Source of the DNA: Auanema rhodensis
Taxonomy: Eukaryota; Animalia; Nematoda
Reading direction: 5' to 3'
Assembly (NCBI GenBank): GCA_964057225.1
Contig: OZ059897.1
Span: forward strand, 16,864,001 to 16,928,000
DNA length: 64,000 bases
Within the stretch, counting starts at the first letter, position 1. Each line of letters opens with the position of its first letter. Positions 42,335-56,540 of this stretch are shown here, piece by piece. Made by a program: the position numbers and the translations under genes. The notes under the pieces were generated by a model. It had not been told where the DNA came from and did not search any database. It was given only the letters and a program-made list of their open reading frames with translations.

Positions 42335-42781
42335 GTCTATTATGGGATATCAGTAAACAGGAAAAGAATAGAATAAGATAATAGAGCCGCAAATGGGCGG
42401 AGATAGATTGATAGACTATTGAAATATAAGAGAAATAAAGAAAATAATTGAGAGAGAGAGAATTATAAAATGAGAGAGAACAAACGAAAATACCTCTCTC
42501 CACCTCTCTACATACGTACAGTTAGATGTTCGAGTTTCTGCTTTCTAGATTATGCTTTGGTCATATCATCGAGAATGAAATGAAATGAAAAGAGAGTGAG
42601 AGTATAAGAGAGAAAGTGTAAGATAACTATAAATGAAGAGAGTCAAATGAGAAATTAGAGATAAAAAGAAAGAAAAAAATATTTTTTAACATTGAAATAG
42701 TAATTTGAAAGAGATCATATTGAAAAGAATTTAGATATTAGTACTATATCACAAGCATTCTTGTTTCGAGCTCTTAAGAGT

Positions 42782-42789
42782 TGACGTCA
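42782..42789. promoter_or_regulatory. CRE/ATF palindrome TGACGTCA upstream of the metallothionein
   Basis: Perfect 8-mer about 525 nt upstream of the ATG; a second copy lies at 39629-39636. Confidence 0.4.
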
Positions 42790-42992
42790 TATGATCAACA
42801 ATTGAAAATGAGGTTAATTTCGACTCTTGTTTGAAAATTTTCATAAAATAAATTATATTTATATAATTAAAAAATAATATAATTTATTCTATATATATAG
42901 TAAAAATAAATAATTTTAAAATATAGTTCAATTTGTGTTTTAAACAATCTTTTTAACAATCAAAATATCCAAATTAAACAAAACCTCTCTCT

Positions 42993-43039
<47 letters not shown>

Positions 43040-46000
43040 TCTCTTAATCATTAAAAAATAAATAAATATATATATATATAATATTATAATTAAATACTGT
43101 TATTTATTATTTTAGGATTATAACTGTATTTTTTTGGTTTACTATTTCCTTTAGTATTCTAAAAATAGTTTATTGATGATTTCATTTTTTGAGTTTCCTT
43201 TCCACTTAACTTCAAAAACATAAATAATTGTGTTGATGAGTGGAAGTAGCATAAGAAGAAGCAAAAGCTCGAGATGTTTCCCTCCTTGAAGTTTGAAAAT
43301 GATAAGAATATCACAAGCAAGCAAAATTTCCCGAATTTTCGTGAAGATTTTATTATCATTGTTACAAAGAATAAAATATATTAATCATAAACTATAAACT
43401 ATAAAATATTTAGATATATGAATATTATAAAGAAAATTCTTTAAAATACAAAAAAAAAAAGATTATTATCTTAATAATAAACTTATTATTAATTAAATTA
43501 TATTGTTTATTATAGATATTATTTGTACTTTTAACTTTATATATTTCTACTTTACCATATGAATTCTAATCTTTTTGTTCTTTATTTACAATTCTATTTA
43601 TATGATTTTTAATTATTTTTATTATATTTTTCATTACCATATAGAATATATCACGTGGCTTTTTATCAATAAAATTCTCTTATGAAATCAAAAAAAGTTT
43701 AAAATACAATTTGTATCTTTCATTTAGTTTTCTAAAAAGAAAAAACTTTTACTTTTATTTATATTCTTATAGTATAGAAAACTGAATGAAGTTCATGAGG
43801 CCACAATGTTAGCCAATCCGTCAGCAAATCGGTTCGCTTACAATCATTTCAATGGTTTTTACATAGTGAGTGATGAATGAGGCTTTTGCTTCAAAAAATA
43901 TTCAAAAATGAGTAGAGGATAACGAAGAAAGCAGAGATCATGATGAAGAGAAGCAATCTTTATGTCGTTTCATTCTTCTATAAATCTACACATTTTGAAG
44001 AAAATATGGATTCTTTTTTCTTAAAAAAAAAAGAAAAAAATGACAATTGATGTTTCAGTTTTCAAAAAAATTTGAAATGTCAAGGGTCAAACTTATTTTA
44101 TATTAATGACTACATAGAACCAAATAATAATATATGATATATAGTTTTAATTTTCTTTAAAAATCTTAAAATAATTTAAATAAATCAATACTTTAAACCA
44201 AAAAAAGATGAAAAGAAAATGTAAAAACTTGAAAGGAATGTAGAGAAAAAGCTACATTCATTCAGTTGTCTTGTCTTGCCTAAGGCTTTATACTATAGTT
44301 TTTCTTATTATATTTAGATTTTTGATTTAGTTTATTCATATGTATATACAATATAATATAATTATTCATATAACTAGTTCTTATTTTGAATTTCTTTAGA
44401 TCTTGATCAATATCTCCGATTTCTTAATGTTCAAACATATAAAAAGATTTCCTCTATTTACTTATATTTATACTTATTCATATTATTATATTAACTATTA
44501 CATATAGTATTAGAAAACAAAATAAGAAGAGAAAACCAATAAAATATTTTATGAATATGCTTGTTTCTGTCAGAACCTTCTTCTGACTCAAATAAATCTA
44601 TTTGTAACCTCTATAACTACAAACAAAAACAAGATTTTGAAGATTATATTCAATGTAATTCCGTCCAACAAAAACTTCATCAACACTAAATTATTAGAAA
44701 AATGGTTGAAAAAACTTGAAAATAAACTTGAAACTCTGCATAATATAAGATTGTAGAATCTTATTACTAAACTAATGTTCAAAAATAGTCAGAATTTGAT
44801 GAAATACGATGAGAAAAAAAACCTTTTTGAATGCATTTTGTTGGTTTTTAAACTGAAATACAAATCTTTCAATAAATTTCGAGGAAACTGAGAAACAGAC
44901 ACATATAGTAAAGTGGAACAATGATTTTTTTTTATTTTAACAAAACTAAAAACAAAATAAAACAAAATGGATAATTCTAGAAATAGCTAACCATATGACA
45001 GCTTTAGAAAGGATGGGGAAGATAGAGGGGAATGTAGTTGTTGTTCAACATGAACGCCAGTCGTTTAGAAAAAATGAAGGCGAGAACGAGAAGCTTCAGA
45101 AGATGCTGGAAACCGTTTTCGTCCCTTAAATGGCCTTTTTCTGTTCCCCGCCATCTAATTTTGCTTTCTATTCGCAGCTTCAAAAGCTTTCAGTAGTCCG
45201 TAAATGACCATGATGCTATTCCTACAAAAATTGAAAAAGAATATCTAAACTAAAAAGAATAAGAGAAGTATAGATAGAATAAAGAAAATAAAACAAAAGA
45301 AGAAAAATTGAACTATTCAATAAGAAATATAGAGAAACAGAGAAAGATATGTGATGAAAGAAGAAAAATAACTGCAAAAATAGTCATTTTAGAGCAAAAC
45401 TTTGCCAAACTTCAGAGATTCAAACCCATTGTTTTACAATTTCTTTGGTTTTTTCCATCTCTGTGATTCTAAGGAATCAATTTTTGTTTTCAATTTTTCT
45501 CATTATACTCAATTCCTTCAATGAATTTTAATTTTAATATTCTTTATAATCTTTAATAATAAATATAATTAAAGAAAATAAATTATAATATTTCATATAA
45601 ATCAAATATTATTAATAAAATATTAATTATTATTATTATTATCCCATAAAAAGATAATTTTTAAAAATTATTTTGAAAAGCAATTTGTTCTAAATATTTC
45701 ACAACAATTCTTTTTTTTTCTTTTATTTTCTACTAATTGACAAGCTTAGAAGAAAAGCAGACACACATATGCTATCTTCTCGGATTACGTTGACTGACTT
45801 TGGTGGAAAAATAATTCGAAAAACAGATGACTTTTTAAAACATTTTTGTTTTTACAAATATATATCTACATACATATAACTGTAACTAATAATATATTTA
45901 TTTATTTATAATTCCTAAGAAGAAATATCACAAAATTTTAAAATAAAACCAAACTCTAAGCACTCTTGAGCATATCTATACTGAATTTTTATTTTCTGTA

Positions 46001-46455
46001 ATGTAATCATTTAATTTTTTTTTTGATAGTTTATAACCATTTTCAGACAAATTTTTATTTACATATAGTAAATCGTTTAGATGTACATATGCATTTGAGG
46101 TTTCTATTCGTTTTGGGCCATTTTTTTCCTGGAGCAGCTGAACCCTGGAGCATTAATATCAGGCTTCATGCCAAGCCTAAGGCCACTGAAAGGCTACTAA
46201 CCCAGCCATACGCTATTCTCCCTCTTTCCCTCTCTCTCTCTTTATGTCTTCCATTCCACCCTTCAACCGCACCACAAGCTGAGTCTCAATGACTTTGCTT
46301 CAGAAACCAACAACAACGCTTCGTAGAACATGAAATGTACCCTGTGTCCTAACAGAGTATTCTGCCAAGTTGCTGTGTTCATTTCATTTTTTGTTCTTAA
46401 TATGTTGTTTCTTATGTATAATAATATTTTTATTGAGATTATGTTAAATTTAAAC

Positions 46456-46486
<31 letters not shown>

Positions 46487-49400
46487 GAATATGGGCCATT
46501 CTAAATATAAATATTTTAAAAATTTTAGTTTATCTTCCAAGTTTGTATATATATACATATGTTAGTGATAGTTAACAAAATAATGTTTTTTTCCAATTTC
46601 AATATAGTGAGGTGTGGACTACTAGACCAATACAAGAAGCCTGTTGAATAGGAGGTTCAGAGGGAAAATGTGTAGATGAAGCTTGTTTTGAAATATAAAA
46701 TATATAGAATATATAAACAGAATATTTATAAATATGATTTAAAATATATTAGATTTGTTAAGAAGAAATAAAATTTTTTTTGGATAAAAGAATATTTATC
46801 TATATATCTATATATCTATATATCTATTTTATATTTATTATATTATAATCAATTCTTTAATTTTCTTTTATGTTATTCATCAATTTATAAAATATTTTTC
46901 TTTCAAAATACCAAATTTTGAAACTGAAACTTCAAATATATAGTATATTTTTCTTTATATAATCTTTTATTTTTACAATTATAGAATAAACTCGTAAAGC
47001 TTTAAAGCTAAAGTTGTTGGAAACAATCTGTACTACTCGATAGATTCTAATTTCTCCAATTGATGTATTCAATTGATGTATGAATGTGTTCAATTTGGAC
47101 AAAAAAAAAGATTTTTTGCTCATTTTCATTGAAATTCAAAATTTTTTTGAAAATTTTTAGATTTAAACATATAACTAAGAATAATTATATAAATATTATT
47201 TTTATTTTTTTTTAAATTTTTGAACAAAAAAATGAATGAAAAGAGCACAAATGGGTCTCTTTTTCGATTTTTTTTGTCAACGAGAACATGAGATAGATGT
47301 TGTAGATGATCAAGAAGACGACGAAGTAGAGGACGATTGCTTCAGGGCATTAGTAGTCAACAAGTTGTCAATTTCTATGTTATATCTATCTCTCTAAACT
47401 CTCTTTTTCTTTCTTTATATTTTCTTTAAGCTTTTACTCATCTTTTTGTATTTGTCTTCATATGTTTCTAACTCACTCATGCATTCATTTCTTCCTTATC
47501 CATCTTTTAGAAGTATAATCTTCATCATCAGTAGTTCTTACCCCCTGTTCATCAACTTCATTCTTTCTAAACTTATGTACTTCTTAATCTCTCAACATAT
47601 ATTTTCTTCTTCAACTAACATTCATTCATTCATTCATTCTTCTATGTTCAATTGATTGTCATGATTCTCTGTAACTAACATTTCAGAGATATTTGTAGCA
47701 TTTTACATTCAATTAGTTGACCGAGAGTTTGCTTATCCAATAAAAATTTGCAACCAAACGCCGGGCTGTTCGACCGTTTGGCTCGATAGGCATTCTCTCT
47801 TCAGAAGAAGTCACAATACGTAAACAACATGTGCTGTTCCTCCATTTCCTGTTTTTTCCATCTCTATTCTCTTCTATTTCCCTTGAAATATCTAAGTTGT
47901 GATTATGGTCTTATGACATTCACACCAAAATTAGTAAACAATAGTAAATCTGTTTCTTACTGATAGAAATTCCATAAAAATTCTATTATAAACTATATTT
48001 TAATCGAATTTCTTTTTATTTTAAAAAGATAATTTTGGATAATAATCATATAGTTAAACTATAAAAATATAATTTATGTCATATTACTAACAATAAAAAA
48101 TATTTATAATATATAGAATAATAACTATATATTTCTTATATAATTTTATAATATTATATAACCTGATTATTTATTAGATTTAGTTATTTTATATAAATTT
48201 ACTACTAAAAGCTTTTAAAAAATGAAAAAATAGTATATTAAGATCTAAAGTACAATAAGATTTAGAGTAAGATTCCGATTTTTATTAAAGTTCGTCGTCC
48301 TCAACTTGACGAACTTTATGCAGTTAACATTCCCATTTATAGATATTTATAGTAAAAGTGTTTTCTAGATTATAAGATTTATAAATAAGATTTTGATTTC
48401 TTATTCAAACGACATTTTTATTTATTTAACTAATTTCCTGTATATTATAAAATCAAAGATGAATATAAAAAAAAAAGATTTTTAGATAACTTAAACTGAA
48501 AATAATTTATTCTTTAAATTATAAATTCTTTTATTATTCTTTATTTCTTACTTAAATGACCTATTGACCAAGAATATCAACTATATCATAATAATAGGCT
48601 TTAAAGATTCATCTTCTCCTTTTAATTTTCTGACAGCTGACAGTCTGGCTTAGAGAGAGATCTCATACTTACTGAAGAGGATTAGAGATGGAAACAGTAG
48701 AATAAGGATAAACTTAGACAGAGATCCTAATAATATTATGAGAACTGAAGAGAGTAAGAGATAAAAAGTCAGCGGATCTTATCTTCAGGAGAAGGAGCTT
48801 CATGGCACATAGATGATACGAGATCACGAGGAGGAGGGTCCTCTGCTGCTCTCCCAGTTGTCCATAAGATCCATCTGCTCTTCGTTTGTCCAATGAAAAA
48901 GTCTAAAGATTATCCAATTCGGTTGGTTTCTGAATTCCGGACGTTCTTTACCAACTATCCACATTCAATGTGATCCTCGTCTATTTTTCTTTTTTGACAT
49001 TTTTCGTCAATTCTAAAACTTCCTTATCACTTTTTATTTCTATTTTTGATTCAATTCGTATGCATTTTATATAAAATATTGTCTATTTTTATATAAAGAA
49101 ACTAGCATAACACATATTTGTTTATTTTTAAAAATTATAATTTAAAACGAAAACATCGTCCAATATCTTCATTTATAACTATTTTTGTTGAAATAATACA
49201 TGTTATTTTAAAAATCTAAACTTAGAAAATATATATGTATTTCCTTTTACACGCATAAAACGTGAGCATTTTAAAGCTTTATGTCCTTAATGCTTGAACT
49301 TTTTTCTAACTCATGATCATGTGCAGAACGATTGTTTCACTCTGCTTCTCTTGCTCCCTCCCTGTCTCTCTCTTTTTCCGATGTTACTTCTTTTCTTAAG

Positions 49401-51694
49401 TTGCATACAGAATCCTTAGAACTTTTTTCAAGCTTGTATGAACTAATCAAAAATCATTGGAAAACTATGAAAGAGTACATATATACTCAATATTGAAGCC
49501 AAGTTTGTCAATCTTATCATATAACTTACTATATATAATTTATAATATTTTATATAATAAGTTACAACGAAAAAATATAAAATAAACTAAAAAAAACTCT
49601 TTTTATCCATATATTCTTACCTCTTTTGTGACTTATATACAAATTATTCTGTTTATTTAGTTCTCAAATACTGAAATGCGTTAAGCAGTGCTTGCAAAAG
49701 ATGAAAAAAAATTAGAAAAGGGAAATGATAGAATGAGCATAGGAAAGAATCAGATCTACCGAGCACCCTTGGGCCTATATACCAAACCCTCCTCCTCATT
49801 CTTCTCGTCCTTCTCCCCGTTTCCTCTCTTCCTTTCCTCTGTTGCTCCTCCCAGTTGAAAACCTCTTCCCCTTTCTTCTCTTTCTCGTCCTCCCCTGCGA
49901 TATCCTCTAAAGGCATCCTAAATAAACTGCTTGTTTTGGTTATTGAGAAACTGATATGCTTCAAAATTTTCCTCTTACACATAAAAAAATTTTTTTTAAC
50001 CGCTAACCCTGTTAGATATATATATATTCTAGAATATACATATAGTATATATAAATAAGTTTTTTTTCTTATTATTCATGTTTATCCTATCATTTCTTCT
50101 TCATTTTCAACTCATATTCAACAATCGTACAAGCATTTATAAAACTTTTTTTTTGAAAAAAATAAAAAAAGTGGAAGCTATTATACGATAAGATATTTAT
50201 CTCGTTGATAATGTTAACTATATGATATATCTATCTACCTTTGTTTTTCATTGTTTTTCATGAATCCATTCAGCTTTTTTCTAACCAAAAACTAATTTGT
50301 TTCAGCTTTTCCACCAATTATAAACTTGTAAAGTACAACAAGCTATTTTCATTGTGTTTTCCGGTATTTGTTATTCCTTCTCATCCACCCTCATTTCTTT
50401 TCTTTTTCTTTCTTCATTCATTTTTCTCTTAAAATGTCTTTTGCTTCTATCTCTGACTAGAAATTCTTATAAGAAGAGTTCCAACTGTTAGACAGAATTA
50501 AGCTAAATAGCTGTTAAGTTTTTCTTTTCTTTCAAGCTTAGCCTTATGTCAGTCAAGTTGACTTTGAACAACAATTTGAGAGATTCTCCCTCTTTCTCTC
50601 TTCTTATGCTTCTTATTGTTTTGTCATTTTCTGTATTAAATCACTCACTTACTTTTTTTTTCTTAATTTTCACATTGAAATTCTTCTATCTCTCACCTCA
50701 TCTTTAGTTCTCTGTGTCTCCTATTCTATAGATCACCACCTGGTGGTCAGTATTAAAGCTGAGACTTTAATTCACAATTTGTTTTTATTTTTCCTTTTTT
50801 TTATCTTTTTATCTCTTAAATATACCTAATGTTTCTTATTCTTATTTATTTTGTAAAGTATAAAGAGTTTGTGATTAAGAATGAAGGAAAAGACCAACCA
50901 AATTGCCTTTGAACATGACCAAATACTATTAATGATTTGAGAGAGTAGAGAGAAACAGAACGAAAAAATTAAGGCCATAGATTGAACTTTATATTGAGGA
51001 GAAATAGAATAAGCAGAAGAAATGAAAACAACATTTCGCGTGACGATTTCCAATGAAAATCGTCGGTCTGTGGTCACAATCATCTCTACCTATCTTATTC
51101 ACTTTATCGGCAATGTAGTAAGTTGAAAGCAAAAGAGATAAAGAGAGAGAGAGAAAGCGAAATAAAGTGAGCGAATCAGGAGAAGTATCGAAGAACAGCT
51201 GTTGTCATAGAATAAAGATTACGGCACGTCATCGTTCGTATTCCATATGAAACTTAGAACAAAGCAAAATATTTTTATCTTTAATGAAAGAAAATATAAT
51301 AATATATAAAACCATTTGAATTCATATAATGTAAAAAAATTTTTATCGTTTTTTTTAGAATTTCATTGGTTGTCTTGTAAGCTTTGGCCATTTTCCCACA
51401 AGCTATTTCTCAACAAACGTCCATCATAAGCTTCATCTCTACAATCCATTCTTCTTTTTTATTTTATTCATTATTTGTTTTTTAATAAAACAATTAAGTT
51501 AATTCAAATTTTACAATATTTATCACTTTTGAATTATAAAAATTTCAGTTAAATATACATTTTTATTTTTAATAGTGTAGATCATCAATTTTTAATTCGA
51601 TCTCATCAACGTTCGCATGGTGGTATTTTTCCTTCATTAAGCTTAACCACTCTACATTTCTCCTTCCCTAACGTCTAATCTACGTTTTAACTTT

Positions 51695-51800
<106 letters not shown>

Positions 51801-53949
51801 AGCCACAATCTAACCACAAGCCTTCTTCACAATGCATGTTTCTGTGCATTGGATGATCGCATAAGAATGCTTTTCCGGCATCTGTTTCCGAAAAAGTCGC
51901 CTGACATTTGAAATTCAGACCAGTCAGTCTTCAGATCAATCATGCTCTTGAAAAAAAAATGTTTTTCCTACTATTCCATACTATAAAATATTTTTTATTT
52001 ATATATTAGATATACCTTAATCTTCTTTCTGTCAGTTCAAAATTAAGTATTTCCTTAGAAATTAATGAATTATATGAATAACAGCTGACTTGTTCATATG
52101 TTATGCGTAAGCAACCGGTCACTAATGCAACAAAATTTAAAATAAGAATATTCTATGTTTTAGCTTCAAATAGATATTTCACGTCTTTTACGTGGGATGA
52201 ATCATAACAAAATTAGAGTTCACTTATGTTATTTGATTATATTTTATGCTTATTCTTAACTATAACATATAAATAATTTATATACAATTCATCTTCATTT
52301 TATTCATTTTCATTTTTTTTACTTTATTCTAATCAAATAATATTCAAAAGTACTATTATATATATATATATATATATATTATTTTTTTGCAAAAAAAGTA
52401 ATAAATATAGATAGATATTCTCTTTTTATTTGTTTTTTTCATCTATATTTTTGTCTCAAACTTTACTTTTGTTTCAATTTTTTGTTCATATTCACCTTTT
52501 CATTGGCAAAAAAAACTTTAAAAAGAAATTACTTAATTGCAGTTTTAACTATCTCTCTCTCTCTATCTTTCTCTCTCTCTATCTCTCTCTCTCTATCTTT
52601 TCCTAAACATATATTATTTCTTTATATTCACCTCTATCATGTCAAATTTTCAATTCTATTCATCCTTGACATCCATCTGATTTCCTTTTTTTACTTAAAA
52701 ATTCAATGATCCTTCTTCACATACGAAAATGACCAAAGTCTAATTTTATTTCAATTGATTATTCAAATATATAAATATTATCATATATATTTATAATATT
52801 TATTTATAAATAATAATATTTTTTTATTTTCTCTCGTCTTCCCTTTCCTCTCGTCTTCCCTTTACCATCTCCGTAAAAGCTTTTGAAGAATTGTAAGAAC
52901 AACATGACCAAATCAATCGAAATAATAATAGTTTCATGGTATATGTCTTTTCTATATTTTACTATTTATAAACTTTATTTTTAAACCAAAAATATAAGTC
53001 AAATTCTTTTGAGAGATTAGTTCGTGAGTATATTCATAATTCTTCTTTTCTGTGAGAAAATGAATGAAAAATTAAGTAATTTTTAATTAACAATATGCTA
53101 TGCTAAGTGATCTTTGACGTTTTTCTTCTATTATGGTAAATGATCAAAGAAAATGTACTGAAACATTAGCTTTAATCGTTAAATTATATTTTAAATAAAT
53201 ATTTTTTTGATTTAATAATATAATATATTTGAAGCATTATTATGAATGATCCCATTTAGCACTTCGTATTTTGATATTTCAGTTTCCTATTTTCTGGCAA
53301 AACATATATTTATTTAAATTCATTTTATAATAATAAATATTTTTCTAAGAATAATTAATTTATAATATATAAATAGATAAGTTATTATATATTTTTAAAA
53401 ATTCTTTTAAAAATCTTAACTATGCATATAAGTATAATACTATTATAAACTTCTACACATAAATAGTTCAATAAATATTTTATAATTTAACCATATATAT
53501 ATACATATGTATATAGTATAAATGAAAACATTATGATGTTGTACTTATGTTACTAAAGATCTAACTTCTTCCACTTTATTCCAATTTGTTATTTTCTTTT
53601 TTAGCTTAAACAACATCCTTTAAACTTTGATATAAACTTTTATTTTTCAAATAAATTAATCTTTCATATCATCTTAATTTTAAATTTATGTTATAACATT
53701 CCTTATCCTTCTTTTAGCGAACTATGAACATCGATTTATGTTTTTCTTTTTGAATATGTCTACTTCAACTTGTCTACTTGCTCATAGATGTCGTTGTCAT
53801 GTTCATCGTTCCTTCAGTATTGCTCAAGAAGATAGCCCCAATTGGAAGGCGAGCATAGAAGGACAACGAAGAAAGTTAACTAGAAGACAAAACTTTTTTT
53901 TCTCTATTATCTCTCTTATACTTTATTCCCTCTCTTTCTCTTCTCTCTC

Positions 53950-53997
<48 letters not shown>

Positions 53998-54197
53998 CTG
54001 TGAAGCCCTCAATCACATATTGTCCTTCATTGTTTTTCCCATACTACTCTCAACACAGTTCATATTTTTCGAACTTTTCATCTACATGTATGTATGTATG
54101 TACATATACCAAAAGGAGATTCAAGTTTATACAAATGTTTTGCTATTTCTTCCAAACAATTCTCAAAACTAAATATCTGTAAAGCCTATTTATGTGA

Positions 54198-54616
54198 TTT
54201 TCATTTTATTTTATAAATCTTAAACAATTATATATATTTCTTCTATTCACTGTACTTATTTCTATTTTTATAATTTTTTTTTCATTTTATTTTATAAATC
54301 TTAAACAATTATATATATTTCTTCTATTCACTGTACTTATTTCTATTTTTATAATTTTTTTTTCATTTTATTTTATAAATCTTAAACAATTATATATATT
54401 TCTTCTATTCACTGTACTTATTTCTATTTTTATAATTTTTTTTTCATTTTATTTTATAAATCTTAAACAATTATATATATTTCTTCTATTCACTGTACTT
54501 ATTTCTATTTTTATAATTTTTTTTTCATTTTATTTTATAAATCTTAAACAATTATATATATTTCTTCTATTCACTGTACTTATTTCTATTTTTATAATTT
54601 TTTTTTCATTTTATTT
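54198..54616. repeat. 81-bp tandem repeat, 5 full copies plus a partial copy
   Basis: Unit CATTTTATTTTATAAATCTTAAACAA...CACTGTACTTATTTC... starts at 54202, 54283, 54364, 54445 and 54526, with a partial copy at 54607. Confidence 0.96.
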
Positions 54617-54669
54617 AAATTTTTTAAGTTTTTTAAGAATTTATTATATATTTTTTCATTTTAGTTATA

Positions 54670-56039
54670 ATGTCTGTATGCGGGTCGTGGCTGTTAGCAG
54701 AATGTCAAGAGCTCAGTTGCTGTGAATCTTATCGGTTTCGACTTTACATCCTACTTTTTAGGTTTAAATTCTTTTTTTTTTATTTTAAATTATTTATATA
54801 ATATTATAATATATTTTATAAAATTAAATGATTTATTATCTTTTATAAACATTATTAAGCATTTTTGAAATAAATACAACAAAATTAATTATTTGTACTG
54901 ATCCAATTCAAATTTTTAATTTTAAATGTTTTCAATTTTTATCATATTAACTAAAAATAAAAATAAATTATTTCTAGTGTGCTTTGTGTGCTCAGTGCCT
55001 TAGCCGTTGGTGCAATCTGGCTGCTGTTTGAATTCCGACCAAAATATCGGTAATTTTATTTTTTTACTTAATTTTAAACTATTTTATAATAAATTATAAA
55101 TAAAATACTTAACTCCTTTTCCGAATATCTTAGTTCCAGAAACCGACTGAGACGAACAGATTCAGAACAAGCACGTATTGAATCTAAGTCCTTTGAAGAA
55201 ACCAAATATCTTCGACGATTTTCTGAGCTCAAGTAAGTATTTCATAAAATATAAATTCTTATATTGAATAATTTATTTTCTATTCATAAGTCTAATCTAT
55301 TTCTAAATTTTATTTTGCTTTTTTCATCATTTGTCTTATAAAATTAAATATTAAAAATATATTTTTTTATATTTAAGTAAATACATATCTATATTTTTCT
55401 TTTCTTTTTTTAATTTTTTTGAAAAGTTTTTTGATAAAAAACAAATTTAAAAATTATTTTAAAATGATTGTTTAGTTCTAAAGATGTCGATCACGTAAAT
55501 GCATGATTTTCATTTTAAGAACCAAGTGAGTTTCTTGCTTGGGTGGCCTGTATATGACGTGTCTTGTGGTTTAGCTTGTATGTAACTAACTTTTGATATT
55601 TTGGCTGAAATTAAACAACAACAGAATCTTTTTTTCTTTTTTTTTTTTGAATAAAAAATTCTTTTAGATAATTGTATAATCGCCAATGAAGTTTCACAAT
55701 TATCTTGAAAGCTTCCGATTTATTATCTCACTTATTTAAAATAATATATTATATATATATATATATAATTATATATATATAGTTAAATTTTATAAAAAAC
55801 TTGAAACTATTTTGATTTTTGATTTTGTTTCCGTATAATTGATGTTGTTTCGACTTTTCTCCCATTATTCATGCCATCATCTTACCTTACATTCAATATT
55901 TAAAGAAAAATTAGCTTCAACTAGATTTTAGTTAATTTTTTATTTAAAATATAATAATTATTTATATTTAAATATTCTTTATATTAATTTATATTTTAGT
56001 CCACTTGCTGCACGAAGACATTCATTTGAGAATTGCTAA
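54670..56039 (+). CDS. Small single-pass membrane protein (97 or 100 aa, two candidate terminal exons)
   Basis: Exons 54670-54761, 54978-55049 and 55134-55232, then 55476-55506 or 56000-56039: MSVCGSWLLAECQELSCCESYRFRLYILLFSVLCVLSALAVGAIWLLFEFRPKYRSRNRLRRTDSEQARIESKSFEETKYLRRFSEL + NSKDVDHVNA* or NPLAARRHSFENC*. Confidence 0.78.
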
Positions 56040-56540
56040 AACAAAGAGAAAGATCCAACTGAATATTATCTACATATGCTTTACTACTCTTCCGTGGTTA
56101 TAATTCAATTTAAAACTTTTTTTTTTGTTTATTTTATAATTTTTATATAATTCATTATGTATTATTTGTAAATACATATAAACATTTATAATAATAATAA
56201 TAACAAAAAAAAAACAAAATAAATATGAATTTTTCTTTTATTAAAACTTTATATTTTTAGTTTCTTTTTTTTTTTAAAAAATTATTTTATTTTGATTTGT
56301 TTATAAATAAATATTTAATATATATATAAAATGTTTTTATATAACAATGACGTATACATATACCACATTTTCTAAAAATAAAAAAAATGGTCGAAAACCT
56401 ATTGATCGATCATGTTTAAGATCAAGATTAGAATATATGAACGAGGACAGGACCAGGTAGATTTGCTACCGACTGAGTGACCTATTCTACCATTTTAAAT
56501 CTTTTTGAACGTTGAAATTTTGTTTTTTATGTAAAATAAT

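Noticed and set aside
16560-50475. Seed-like matches to miRNA families (AATGGCAC ~16560, TGAGATC ~17742, TAAGTGAA ~20822, TGACTAGA ~50454)
   Set aside because: Similarity stops after the seed and I found no precursor hairpin.
53738-54172. 144-aa ORF upstream of the tandem array
   Set aside because: It runs through a (CT)n tract, and I found no splice link to the downstream gene.
54198-54616. CRISPR-like reading of the 81-bp array
   Set aside because: Head-to-tail identical units with no unique spacers, a eukaryotic context and no cas genes.
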